Assembly (NCBI GenBank): GCA_964016885.1
Contig: OZ024743.1
Location: 70,060,001 to 70,124,000, forward strand
Reading direction: 5' to 3'
Length of the DNA stretch: 64,000 nt
Source: Eledone cirrhosa
Taxonomy: Eukaryota
Of the stretch, positions 12,215-25,165 are shown in pieces. Below the pieces are notes generated by a model. That model saw nothing but the letters and a program-made list of their open reading frames with translations, made no database searches and was not told the DNA's origin. Position numbers and translations under genes: made by a program. Within the stretch, counting starts at the first letter, position 1. Every line of letters starts with the position of its first letter.

Positions 12215-15200
12215 CTACAGTCGCATGACCAGAGTAGGCCCACTCACACGGGCCATTCTCGCCACATTCACCCACCTTTCAGCAAATGTACTGGGGAACA
12301 GCACTTCTCTCTCCACCCTCACCTTCCTTTCCAAGTGAAACTTGAAAAAGTTGATGAGGGATTGGCCGAAGAGAAAAGTGTTTGTCTTCAGTCCTTTCAA
12401 CCTCGTCCACCATACAACCTCTTTCGCTACTGCCACCAGACAGAGGAAAATTGCCTGCCCTTCCTGGCCAAAAGAAGGTGGCGGGTCGATCTTCACTAAG
12501 GACTCGGCCGATAGCCGGATCTGTTCTACACGCGATAACAGCTGTTCAACATAACTCCACAAGTCAGTAATGCACGGACACTGGACGAATGCGTGCAGAA
12601 CGGTTTCGTCGCTCTGCGCGCATCTCGGGCAGGTCCGTCTGACAGCACTTCCGTGCCTGTAGAGTTTATCTCGAACCGGCAGTGCCCCCCGGTAGCTCTG
12701 CCAAGCGAGGGATTTTTGGAAATTATCCATCGTCCCCGGCTCGAAAGTCCTCCGGTACAGACTGGTTAGTTCGACTTCGTTGACTCCCAGAGCCTCTCCG
12801 AGTGCGTCGTCGCACTTGCCCACCATTAATCCTCTATAGAACTCAAGAGTGGAAGTTCCACTGACCTCATTGCCCGCCTGGTAGAGGTAGAGTGAGTGCC
12901 TGGCAACATTCCAGATGCCAGTCACCCAGTCTCGGTCTCTTCTTGACCCAGGACTGCAACTCAGTCAAAGAAACGAGCTACGGAAAGGCACGTCTGACAA
13001 ACGGAGACCACACCTGTTCACCGTTTAGGCAGAATATCTGGAGATGCCGCAGCCTCAGCGCGTGCCTGCGCATCATTATCCACGGCATGCCCAGCCCTCC
13101 ACGTAGAGGATGGTGGCAGCAGATGGACCGCCTCACCAGCGGAACCTCCTGACCCCTCCACAAGAATTTGAAGAGGAGCCGCTCCAAGATGGCGAGGCGC
13201 GAACGGGTGCAAGGGACGACAGTCAGACGGTAGTAGATGACGGACGCGATGTACGCGTTCACCACCTCCGCCCGACCTTTCAGTGATAGCTTCATCCCAG
13301 CCCATTTCTGGGTGAGACTGACTACCCTGCCCGTCACATCGTCCCAATTGTTATCCACCTGAAGGTCGGGCCCGAACCAAATCCCTAGCAACTTTACCGC
13401 TCCGTCCGTCCAGCGCCTAACGACGCTGTTGGACGGCATGGACTTGCCTCTCCAGGTGCCGATTCAAGTTTTGTTCCCGTCAACCTTTCATATTCCTCCA
13501 ATAAGTTGCCGACCACCCCGATTTCTGAGGTGTCCGCCACCATCACGGTGATATCGTCCGCACAAGCCGACACAGGCTTTCCGCGTCGCGGTTCGAGCGG
13601 GATGCCCTGCAACAGCTCCAGCTTCCGCAGTAAAGGCTCGAGAGTCAATACGTACAGAAGGGAGGAGAGAGGGCACCCCTGACGGACCGATCGGGAGACC
13701 TGAAACGGTTCCGAGAGGTGGCCATTAATTTTGACCATCGAGCAGGTGCCGCTGTGCATTGCAGCGATCCAGCTTCTGAAGACGGGGCCGAAGCCAGCCG
13801 CCTTGAGGACAGCCTCCATGTACCGATGGTCGACCCTATCGAATGCTTCCGATTGATCTAAATTGATCAGAGCCCCACCGAAGCCAGGTTTACACCCTAC
13901 CCTCTCTATGATGTATCGCATTAGGTGGAGGTTGTCGTGTATGGACCTCGTTGGGATTGCGCAAGTTTGCGCCTCCCCAACCAAATCCCCGACGACAAGC
14001 GCCAACCTCTTCGCTAACACCTTGGCCAAAATCTTAAACTCTGTGTTGAGCAGAGTTATGGCCCTGAAATTGTCTAATGTGTCCCTCTTGTTCTCGTCTT
14101 TCCTTATCAGCGTCGCTACGCCCCGGCTCACAGAACTGGGAATACTCCCGTTTTGCTGCCAGTTGCAGAGTAAAGCACTTCGAGGAGATTGGAGAACAAG
14201 TCTGGCATATTTACGTAAAGCTCGTAGGGCACACCATCCAAACCGGGTGACTTGCGCCTTATGCAGCCTACAAGGGCATCCTGAATCTCGGCTGAAGTAA
14301 TTGGCCTTTCGCAGCGCCCAGCGTCAGCTGTCGAGAGTTGCGGTAAGCCATCGAGGTAGGGACTGAAGTCCGCCACCATCTCTAACCCGCCACTTCCCCC
14401 GAACAACCGAGCAAAATGTTGGCGAAAGGCCTCACACATCCTCTTGGAATCGTTCAGCTCGAGCCCGTCTCGGTCCGTCAAAAACCGAATCGTGGTTTTA
14501 TTACCACGCTGCGCCTCTGCCACGCGGGCCCATCGAACAGCTTTGGTTCCTTCGTTTCTCAGAGCACGCGCCTTAACTCTGACAATGCAACCTTCGTGTT
14601 TCGCATTGAAGAAATGGTCTAATGCCATTCTCGCCGCTAGCACATCAGTTGCAATGCCACTACCAATAGCCTCGTCTAACTTATCTACCAACTTACCCTC
14701 CTTTCTAGTTTTCTCTAATGCTACTTCTTTGCTAAACTCTATCGACATTACTCTAATCTCTCTTTTGAGAGCCCCCCATCATCTATTGTTGACGACTCCC
14801 CCTGTCAACTTTTTCTCAACTAAATTGTTGACCTGGTCCCTGTAAGCCTTACGTGCCGGAAATGACATGTTTAGCTTCCAGTAACCAGGTCCTAACCTTC
14901 GCGTCTTATCTAGGTCGACCATACAGATCACAAACTTGTGAATAGGCGACCGTTTCAAAACGTGGACAGCTTACACTATTTATGTCTATTTTCCTTATGA
15001 ATATCCTGTCTATATACGATCTAGATGACCCTATACGGTTAGCCCAGGTCCACACTGGCGCATTAGGGAAATCTAGTCGGTACCTGTCAGACAGTTGGAA
15101 CTGGCTGATCAGGTTCTTGAGGCTTTTGCACCCCCCGCTCCTATCGGATACCCCACACAGTCCCAGCGTGCGTCTAAGATGCCGTTCCAGTCCCCCGCTA

Positions 15201-15611
15201 ACAGTAAAGGGCGAGACGTACCCAGAAAGGCTTCCAGGCGTCTAAAGAAGTCCGGCCGTCCTGCCCCAGTAGGAGCATAGACGGCCACCAGTCTAAAGGC
15301 ACCACCTTCATTATTGTTCACGTCCAGGACCACTAACTTCCCGTCCGGGTCCCGGAAGATTGACCTTACCTCGAGATCCAGGCCTTTCCTAAACAGCACT
15401 GCCACCCCGCCTCCCATTCCCGGCTGGCTAACAGATGCAAAGATCTGATAGTCGTCGAAAATGGGGGCTAGTGCGCGCGTGTCGGAAATCCTGGTCTCGC
15501 TGATGCAATTACATCCATTTCTATAGACCTGAGGTCGTTGAGCAGGTGACCCTGCTTCCAGGACGATCCCAGGCCTCGAACATTTAAACATCCTACTCTT
15601 AATACGGCCAT
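12215..15611 (-). pseudogene. LINE ORF2: APE endonuclease, reverse transcriptase, C-terminal zinc-binding motif (frameshifted)
   Basis: MAVLRVGCLNVRGL, ISETR, VAVYAP, LLAGDWN, KSPGLDG, FRAITLLNTEFKILAKVLA, LDQSEAFDRVDH, VRQGCPLS, ACADD, CPRCAQSDETVLHAFVQC. Confidence 0.92.
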
Positions 15612-15642
15612 GTTGGCAGGTTAAACAGAGAGAGAGGAAGGT

Positions 15643-17637
15643 TTACTTACCTTCCGGGCTCTTGTGAAGGTCTGGTTGTTCGACCTCCATAGTTAGTGGG
15701 GTTTCTTTTGGGAACCCTTTTAAAAGTCTTGAAGTGGGTTTTACGTTTGGGGTTCCCACGTCCCGAGGAAAGATGTCTCGTATTTCTTTGAATATGTCGA
15801 GCGACATTCGCACCAGTACCAAATCTTCCGGCACGCGAAATGTGCTCGATTTAAACATTTCCCCCTCTTTTTGTATATTTTCACTTCGTGCTACGAGGGC
15901 CATCAGTTCCTTTTTGGCCCTCCTGACGAGCACGAAGTTTTGTATGTTTTGTTGGTGTGATTATATTTGTTTGCGTGGCTGTGGTGGTGATGGTTTTGGT
16001 GGTGTTGTTTCGGTTGTATATGTGTTTGTTGTGAGTGCGATGTCTGTGGTTTCAGATGTTTGTGTGTATATTTGTTCTTGCGTCTGTTTCAGTTGTTTGT
16101 GTTTGGGGGATTCTGGTGATGGTGATGGTGGTGTTGATGTTGGTGTTATTGGAGAGATGTTTGCGTGGGTGGTGTCTGCGTTTTTTTATTGTGGGTGCTT
16201 TTGTGCTTTGTTGAGTTTTTTTTTTCTTTTCGTGTTTCCTTTTTTGTATTTTGGGGGATTTGGGATTTCCCTCCTTTTCACTAAAGGTAGATGAGGGGTC
16301 TATTTCTGTAAGTGTGTCTGTATGTATGTTTAAGGTTTTATTGGTGTGTGTATTTTTTTTTGGGGGGGGGGGGGGGATTTGACAGCTTTCCTCGTTTCCC
16401 CCCTGGGTGGTCAATGTTGGTGGTGGTCTTTCTATTGGTTTTGTTGTTGGTGGTTTTGCCGGTGCAGGTGTTGGTTGTGGTCCTCGCCCCGGCGTCGGCA
16501 GCAGTGGAGCCTTTCGATCCCTTGCCTCTTTCAGCAGTTGATGGCAGGAAGTCTCGCAAATGGGTTTTTTCCCCACAAACAAAACACTGCGGCCTTTTGC
16601 CTTCGGTCATAATGTGAATGACAGTCCCATTCTGAAGGCGGATGTGGTCTGGGATTGTCTTCACATTTTCGGGCCTGATCTGGAGAAGGATCTCCAGGTC
16701 AACCCCGGACCAGTCCTCTCTGGCCGTTCTGGTCACTTCTATAGGGACTGTATCCGTCCCCTCCACAATCACACATCCCAGAAGCCACCACATGTCAAGT
16801 CCTGGTGGGATTCTGGGAATGCGGAGACGGGCCGTTCTTTTTCCCATGTGGGAGGGGTACATTATTACCTTGTTGGTTTTGCAAGGAATCATGGCGTGTT
16901 TCATCGCGAGGGCTTCTGACTTGAACAACACCGAAATGGTGCCGTACTGTCTGCCCCTCTCTATGTACTGGGTGTCTTCTCTGATGCACCTTAGCGCGAC
17001 TTCGATATCTTCTTGTGGGATTAACGCAGCCCTTTTGGTTTGTGCTGAGATGCATCTATAATGCACCGTTTTGCGCTCCACTGCCTCAATAGCTTCTACC
17101 GGGACAGTTAAGGTGGCCCAAGTTTGCTCTTGCTTGATGAGCTTCCATGCCTGGGCCAACTTTTCATCTTTGTTTGCGAGATCCATGTTGAAGCATGGCC
17201 TCTTTTTTGCTGCTGTCGCAGCGAAAGTGGTCTTGTTTTCGTTGGGGGTGTTGTTGACGTTGTTCTTGTTGGTGTTGTTGTTAGCTCTGTCGCTGTTATC
17301 ATTGTTGTCTTTGCTGCCACCGTTGTTCTCGGTGCAGTTGGTATTGTTGCTGTTGGTGTTGTCGCTATTTGTTTTCATGTTAGTGGTGTTGATATTGTTG
17401 TTGTATTTGTTATTTTTTTTTTTTTGTTATCTGTATTTTCGTTGTCGCTGTTACTGTCATTTTTTTTCAAAATTAGAATTCTTATTGGTATCATTGGTGT
17501 CTTTGTTTACCTTGTTTGTGGTGGTATTTCTTTTATCAATGTGTGTTAATTTCGCTGTAGTGCTCCTCTCAACTTCTACGTCGTTGTCGCACGACAGCCG
17601 ACATATCGCTGGGGGGGGGGAGGCGTGGCTCAGCCAT
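15643..17637 (-). pseudogene. LINE ORF1 (N/T-rich N-terminus, zinc-knuckle-like CFVCGEKTH), frameshifted
   Basis: 346-aa ORF at 16338-17378 with CX2CX4H, directly upstream of ORF2; continues in 16052-16582 and 15643-15933. Confidence 0.75.
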
Positions 17638-17857
17638 GTTTTTTTTTCTTCGTAAATTTTTTAACATGTTAAAAAAGTTCAAATATTTGGGCCAAAAGGC
17701 CCAAATATTATACTTTCCCCTTCACGGGGCAAAGTCTAAGGCTTATATCCCTTACACAACAAGAAATATTTAACAACAAATAATTTAAACAGGCAAATAA
17801 AGCGACTTACTGTGAGCGAGCAAAATACGTCCGCTTAGACCAATAATAATAATAATA

Positions 17858-18905
17858 ATTGTTTCTACTTTTGGCACAAGGCCAGTAATACCCAGTGTAT
17901 TACTGGTACTTTATTTTATCGTCCCCATAAGGATGAAAGGCAAAGTTAACCTCGGCGGGATTTGAACTCATAATGGCAAAGGGCGTAACTCTATGCGTCA
18001 AAGCATGGCGTCCGACCCTCTACCGATACTGCCAAAATGGTTTCTTATTTAGGCACAAGACCAGCTATTGTGGGGGGGGGGGGTCAATTAAAACGACCTC
18101 AGTTCATCGTTGGTACTTTAGTTTATCGATCCCGTTAGGGTGAAAGGCAGAGCTAACCTGGGTGGGATTTCAACTCAAATGATAAAGGGGCGTAACCCTG
18201 TGCCATAAATATATCTGCTGCTCTTCCGATTACTACCAATCCATCGCCAGTATCTTCTGATTTAGGCACAAGCCCAACAATTTTGAGGAAAGCGGAAAAT
18301 CAATTAAATTGATCCAGCTCATTACTGGTACTTTATTCTTTTCAACCCCGTAAGGATAAAATGCAAAGCTGACCGCGGCAGGATTTGAACGCAGAAAGTA
18401 AAGTACCGTAACTCTATGCCGTGAAGTATGTTGTCCGACGCTCTACCGATACTACCAATCCACTGCCATAATAATAATAGGAATTCTTTCTAGTTTAGGC
18501 ACAAGGCCAGTAATTTGAAGGAAAGGGGAAAGTCGATTAAATCGACCCCAATGCATTACTGGTACTTTATTTATCGACCCCGTAATGACGGAAGGCTAAA
18601 CTAACCTCGGTGGGATTTGAAATGGATAATAATAATTGTTTCTACATTTGGCACAAGGCCAGCAAATACCCAGTACATTACTGGTACTTTATTTTATCGA
18701 CCCCGTAAGGATGAAAGGCAAAGTTAACCTCGGCGGGATTTGAACTCAGAATGGCAAGAGCCGTAACTCTATGCGTCAAAAATAATTGTTTCTACTTTAG
18801 GCACATCAGCAATTTTGGGTAGAAGCGAAAGTCGATTAAATGGGCTCCAATGTATTACTGGTACTTTATTTTATAGACCTAGAGAGGAGGAACGGCAAAG
18901 GTAAC
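17858..18905 (-). mobile_element. Head-to-tail cluster of about 6 SINE copies
   Basis: Repeated SINE core separated by (AAT)n. Confidence 0.9.
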
Positions 18906-19079
18906 AGCTGTTGATGTAGATAATGCTGTTGCTACTAAAGTTTATCTCACCTATGTCAGATATCTTCTCTCTTTCTTTCCTTCACTTATCACCAACGCAC
19001 TTAGAGATAGAGGGTCAAATTTACTTCTATTCCCCCTCATTTTAAAGTCCCGCTGACTCCGCGGGGTATACAAGTAGAC

Positions 19080-19134
<55 letters not shown>

Positions 19135-19599
19135 CGCAGCACACGCTCTCCCTTTCTTACTTCCGGTGATGCAGTTGGATGAAAACACACATACATACTA
19201 ATACGGAAACAGAGAAACAGAACCAGAAACACACACACACACATACACACTCATGTATATATATGTGTATGTGTGTGTGTGTGTGTACCCGTACACAAAC
19301 ACTCTCTTATACGCGCGCGCACACACAGATACAAATACACACGAAAGCAAAAATAAAGTCTTATCTAAATACCCCCACACACACACACACACACACAGAA
19401 ACAGGTACACATACACAATCACCTATGTACACATACAAACATGATTACACACACACATAGAGACAAACAGCTATACACCTACACACACCTATTGTTTCCT
19501 CACCTGCTTTTTATGTATACCCCGCAATATCTCACTTCCAGGTTTCCTCTCATTTAGCCACACTTCATCACACCACCAAACAGTTTAACAGGCGCTCCT

Positions 19600-19705
19600 C
19601 TAACACACACACTTACACAAACACTCACATACAGAAACTCAATGAGGCACATACATACACACACACACACACACACACGCGCACACGCACGCACACACAC
19701 ACACA

Positions 19706-19754
<49 letters not shown>

Positions 19755-20160
19755 ACACACACACACGCTGATACACATACACACACTCACTGAACACACA
19801 AACAGAAACACAATCAAACACACACTTACACAAACACTCACATACAGAAACTCAATGAGGCACACACACACACACGCACACACACACGCACACACACACA
19901 CACACACATACACACACACGCACACACACACACACACACGCACACACCCACACACAGACACACACAGAGAGACACATACAAGAACACATATACACATATA
20001 CACACATACACGTACACAAATACACACACATACACGTACACAAATACACACACATACACGTACACAAATACACACACACACACACACACATACATACACT
20101 CACACCAGCACAGACACATATATAGTTGCTCACAAGAACAGATATAGACACACACACAGA
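19600..20160. repeat. (CA)n-rich compound microsatellite
   Basis: Visible dinucleotide array containing a duplicated ~45-bp block. Confidence 0.9.
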
Positions 20161-20299
20161 TACACGTGCAAGTACGCTCCACATGATGATGATCATCATC
20201 ATAGTCATTAAAATACTCTAACATCGCCATTAAGATCTTGTTTTACATGATTATCATGGAGATACTCCACCACCTCCTGCTTCTCCTCGTCATCATTGC

Positions 20300-20997
20300 C
20301 GTCGTATATCATCATCATTATCGTCATCATCATCACCACCACCACCACCACCACCACCACCACCACCACCACCACCACCACCACCACCATCACCACCACC
20401 ACCACCACCACCACCACCACCACCACTACCATCACGACCACCATCATCATCATTATCATCATCATCGTCGTCGTTATCATCACCACCACCACCACCACCA
20501 CCACCATCACCACCACCACCACCACCAACACCATCACCACCACCACCACCACCACCATCACCACCACCACCACCACCACCATCACGACCACCATCATCAT
20601 CATTATCATCATCATCGTCGTCGTTATCATCATCACCACCAACACCACCACCACCACCACCATCACCACCACCACCACCACCACCACCACCACCACCACC
20701 ATCATCACCACCACCACTACCACCACCACCATCATCACCACCACCACCACCACCATCACCACCACCACCACCACCACCACCACCATCACGACCACCATCA
20801 TCATCATTATCATCATCATCGTCGTCGTTATCATCATCACCACCAACACCACCACCACCATCACCACCACCACCACCACCACCACCATCACCAACACCAC
20901 CACCACCATCACCACCACCACCACCACCATCACCACCACCACCACCACCACCACCACCACCACCACCACCACCACCACCATCATCACCACCACCAAA
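20300..20997. repeat. (CAC/CAT)n compound trinucleotide repeat
   Basis: Source of the poly-His/Thr/Val pseudo-ORFs; the block CACGACCACCATCATCATCATTATC...GTCGTCGTTATC occurs three times. Confidence 0.95.
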
Positions 20998-21029
20998 TGT
21001 CATTGTGTAACGATACTCAATTAAGATGT

Positions 21030-21545
21030 TACCCGACTCAGACGTCACAATGTAATGATACTCAACTAAGATCTGACGGTATAAAGATTACCCGACTCAC
21101 ACGTCACAATGTAATGATACTCAACTAAGATCTGACGGTATAAAGATTACCGAATCAGACGTCACAATGTAATGATACTCAACTAAGATCTGACGGTATA
21201 AAGATTACCCGACTCAGACGTCACAATGTAATGATACTCAACTAAGATCTGACGGTATAACGATTACCCGACTCAGACATCACAATGTAATGATACTCAA
21301 CTAAGATCTGACGGTATAAAGATTACCCGACTCAGACGTCACAATGTAATGATACTCAACTAAGATCTGACGGTATAATGATTACCCGACTCAGACGTCA
21401 CAATGTAATGATACTCAACTAAGATCTGACGGTATAAAGATTACCCGACTCAGACGTCACAATGTAATGATACTCAACTAAGATCTGACGGTATAAAGAT
21501 TACCCGACTCAGACGTCACAATGTAATGATACTCAACTAAGATAT
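21030..21545. repeat. 59-bp minisatellite, about 9 copies
   Basis: Unit ACCCGACTCAGACGTCACAATGTAATGATACTCAACTAAGATCTGACGGTATAAAGATT; ACTAAG recurs at 21241 and 21300. Confidence 0.95.
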
Positions 21546-21614
21546 CATTGTGTAATCATACCCGACTAAGACGTCACTATGTAAAGATACCCAGCTAAAA
21601 TGTCTCTATGTAAT

Positions 21615-22150
21615 AACTGTTTCTACTTTAGGCACAATGCCAGCAAGTACTAACTACATTACTGGTACTTTATTTTATCGACCCCGTAAGGATGAAAGGC
21701 AAAGTTAACCTCAGTGGGATTTGAACTCAGAATGGCAAGGGCCGTAACTCTATGCGTCAAAGCATGGCATCTCACCCTCTTAGCCCAGCAATTACCCCAG
21801 TTCATTACTGGTACTTTATTTTCTGACCCAGTAAAGATGAAAAGCAAAATTAACATCGACGGGATTTAAACTCAGAACGTAAAAGGCCATAACTCTACGA
21901 TGCAAAGCATGGTGTCTGACGCTCTACCGATACTGCCAAAATGTAATAATTGTCTCTATGTAATAACTGTTTCTACTTTTGGTACAAGGCCAGTAAAAAC
22001 CCAGTACATAACAGGTACTTTATTTTATCGACCCCGTAAGGATGAAAGGCAAAGTTAACCTCGGTGGGATTTGAACTCGGAATGACAAGGGCCGTAACTC
22101 TATGCATCAAAGCATGGCGTCAGACCCTCTACCGATACTGCCAATCCACC
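21615..22150 (-). mobile_element. Three SINE copies
   Basis: SINE core repeated. Confidence 0.88.
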
Positions 22151-22918
22151 AATATAATAATTATACCCAACTATGATGTGATTGTGTAAAATAATCTAAG
22201 ATCTGACTGTGTAAGGATACACAGCTACAACGTCATTGGGTATGGATACCCGACGAAGGAGTGACTATGTAATGACACCCAACTAAGCTCTGACTGTGTA
22301 AGGATTCACAACTAAGATATCACTATAGAAGGATACCCAGCTTAAATGTTACTACGTAAATGTGTCTCTGTTATGACACCCAACTAATGATGCCCAACTG
22401 AGATTATATAATGTAATAACGGACCCAGTAATGACACCCAACTAAGATCTTACAAGGAACTATGTTCTAACTGTGTAATAATGCTCAGTTAAGACGTGGA
22501 CTAATCTGTAAGGATCTGCTGCTGTATACACCTTCCAAGATACTCCATAATTACCACAAGATATTACCACTGTTGGCTACCAACAGTGGTAATATCTTGC
22601 CAATGCGATTTCATGCGATACAGGATTTTATGGGGTAGTAATGTATTTATCATCATATTTAACCCAATCCATGTCGAGCAAACTCAAGAGATGTGTGCAA
22701 GAATGCTGCATCCCTCCTAACCAACTATCTTACTTTTCTACTTTAACATCTTCTAAAGATTTAACAGAAAATATTTCAACTGGGTTAGTTAATACAAATG
22801 TTTATAGTATTTTTTCTGGTGGACAGATCGTCGTGGAACTTTTAAGAATGAGTTGCTAGTGTGGTTTATTTGGGTGTAGGCTTTTATGTTTTAACGTATC
22901 TATCCTCACAGTTAACCT

Positions 22919-23140
22919 TAGACGATGGGGTGCTAAAAGGTTCCTGCCTTGATCACTGCTACAGAGGCCTGGTTGGAGGCCCAACTTCCGAGTTCTGTTG
23001 ACAGGGCTTACAAAAGCTGAAGGACCACTGCAATAAGTGTGAGAATGTGAGAGAGGAATATGTTGAATAAAATCATAATTAAGTGATCCTCTTGTATTTT
23101 CTTTTACCCGAAGTCTGAAAGTTTTCAGCACACATGTCGA
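22919..23140 (+). mobile_element. Internally deleted mariner (Tc1/mariner) element
   Basis: Degenerate TIRs (GACGATGGGGTGCTAAAAGGTTCCTGCCTT / AAGTCTGAAAGTTTTCAGCACACATGTCGA) around a transposase C-terminal remnant ITATEAWLEAQ...GLQKLKDHCNKCENVREEYVE*. Confidence 0.75.
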
Positions 23141-23359
23141 AAACGCTAGAGAGAAGATACTCGGTCATTAGGTGCCCAAGAATTAGTAGACAAAGCTCTG
23201 TCCAATCACAGTTTACAATCTGTCGGAAATAAAAGGATACATTAGATAATGTAGTGTTGGGCATAAAATATAACAATCAAACAAAATGAACATAATAATA
23301 CAACAATAAAAACATTATTCAACGATGGGACATCTTTGATTATATTGATCACAACTGAC

Positions 23360-23620
23360 CAGGGAACAACCAGCACCATCAACAAAATCAACACCATCAA
23401 CATCAAAAACAACAACAACAACACCGTCAACATCAACAACAACAACAAAAATAACATCATTAAGGACATCAGCAGCCCTGGCTACATCAACAGCAACATC
23501 AAAACAAACACATGAAAGTACAACAATAACAACAACAACAACAACAATACCAACAACAACCAGAGCAATAACAAGAATAACAACAACAATAACAATACGA
23601 GGACCAATAATAACATCACA
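23360..23620. repeat. (CAA/CAT)n low-complexity repeat
   Basis: Visible trinucleotide array. Confidence 0.85.
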
Positions 23621-24074
23621 CTACATGAGGAGATGTTTGGTCCTTTCATTTTTCCAAATGTTGCACTAATTAACAAGAGGGTTGTGATTATGTTAACTAA
23701 TGAATTATTGCCACTAATTCACTTTTATTAACACATTAGAATTATATCATGTCAACTCAGCCAAATAGAGGAATTTTCGTTGTTACTGTCCCTGCTGGAA
23801 ACAGCAACTAATTTCCCATGGTAATTCACACTCTACATTCTTAAAAAATCTAAGGACACAGTAGATACTGTAGTTCTAGACATACTTTGACTGGACAATA
23901 AAACCAGAAACGAAAAGTCGAAGAGCATACATGACTGTAGGTCAACTGGTTCAGGACTGATTTGGAACTAAACAGAAACTACAACACTCTCTTATAATAT
24001 ATCACAGATTAAAAAAAAATTTTTTTTTTTAATTCATTTCATTCTCAAATAAGGACAAGCAGCGCCCATAGCTT

Positions 24075-24460
24075 TTTTCCGTGGTCGGACAACATGTTTC
24101 GCGGCAGAGAGTTACGGCCCTTTACATTATGAGTTCAAATCCTGCCGAGGTTAGTTTCGCCTTTCATCATTACAGAGTCGATTAAACAAAGTACCAGTGA
24201 GTACTGGGGTCGATTTAATCGACTTTCCCCTCTCCCCAAAATGCTGGCCTTGTGTAGAAACCATTATTATGGCGGCCCGCCGAGGTTAACTTTGCCTCTC
24301 ATCCTTATGGGGTCGATAAAATAAAGTACCAGTAATACACTGAATAATTGCTGGTCCTGTGCCAAAAGTAGAAACAATTATTATGGTGGTGGATTTGTAG
24401 CATCGGTAGAGCGTCGGTCCACATGCTTTGCGACATAGAATTACGGCTCTTTAATTTCAA
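24075..24460 (+). mobile_element. SINE copies (plus orientation)
   Basis: GAGTTCAAATCCTGCCGAGGTTAGTTTCGCCTTTCATC...GTCGAT...GCTGGCCTTGTG. Confidence 0.85.
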
Positions 24461-24475
24461 ATAATATTAATTGTG

Positions 24476-24508
<33 letters not shown>

Positions 24509-24589
24509 ATGTTATTATTATTAACCACTTCCTGTGCTATTGTTTCAACACTACATGTTTCTGTCTGTAAGACTTACATTTTATTATTA

Positions 24590-25165
24590 TCTTTCTAGCA
24601 AGTTTGTTGAAAGGTGGGTGGAATGTAGCGAGAATGGTCCGAGTGAACGGGACCACTCTGAATATACGTCTGTAGTTTGAGAAATGGAAACATTTGAGAG
24701 AGGGCGCTTGCCCTGGTGGTCAGGGTGGCCGTGGTTTTTTGTGTGGTTTTCGCCACGAGTAACCCTCGGAAGTTTCCCCCCTATTGGGAAATTTTTCATT
24801 GTTTGTATTTTCACTTTTATTGTTTATATATATATATATATGTTTCTAATCTTTTTTTTTTCTTTTTCGTTTCTTATATAAATAATTGTTTCTACTTTTG
24901 GCACAAGGCCAGCAATTATCTCAGTACATTACTGGTGCTTTATTTTATCGACCCCGTAAGGATGAAAGGCGAAGTTAACCTCGGCGGGATTTGAACTCAG
25001 ATCATAATGGGCCGTAACTCTTTGCAACGTCCGTTTCTTATATAAATAATAAAAATCTTGACACGCACAAAACCCACATCGTACCGTCCTGTACCGTCCT
25101 GAGCCGTCTGTAATGTTTTTCTTAATGTCAGCCCTTGTGACCAATAAAGAAATCATTATTATCTT
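24590..25165 (+). mobile_element. 3' fragment of a Tx1-like LINE related to 11921-17841, interrupted by a SINE
   Basis: Encodes KFVERWV..NVARMVRVNGTTLNIRL* (compare TFAERWVNVARMARVSGPTLVMRL*); homologous 3'UTR; ends CCCTTGTGACCAATAAAGAAATCATTATT. Confidence 0.8.
24884..25030 (-). mobile_element. SINE nested in the LINE 3'UTR
   Basis: SINE core lies between two LINE-homologous segments. Confidence 0.85.

Larger units (their letters stand above)
11921..17841 (-). mobile_element. Full-length Tx1/L1-clade LINE inserted in (AAT)n
   Basis: ORF1 + ORF2 (APE-RT-zinc finger); 3' AATAAA and (ATT)n tail at 11921-11950; 5' end abuts (AAT)n at 17842. Confidence 0.92.

Noticed and set aside
20208-21128. 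Poly-His/Thr/Gly/Val ORFs of 240-300 aa
   Set aside because: Open in several frames on both strands because of the (CAC/CAT)n repeat.
21030-21545. CRISPR-like or coding repeat
   Set aside because: Plain tandem minisatellite with no spacers; it contains stops.
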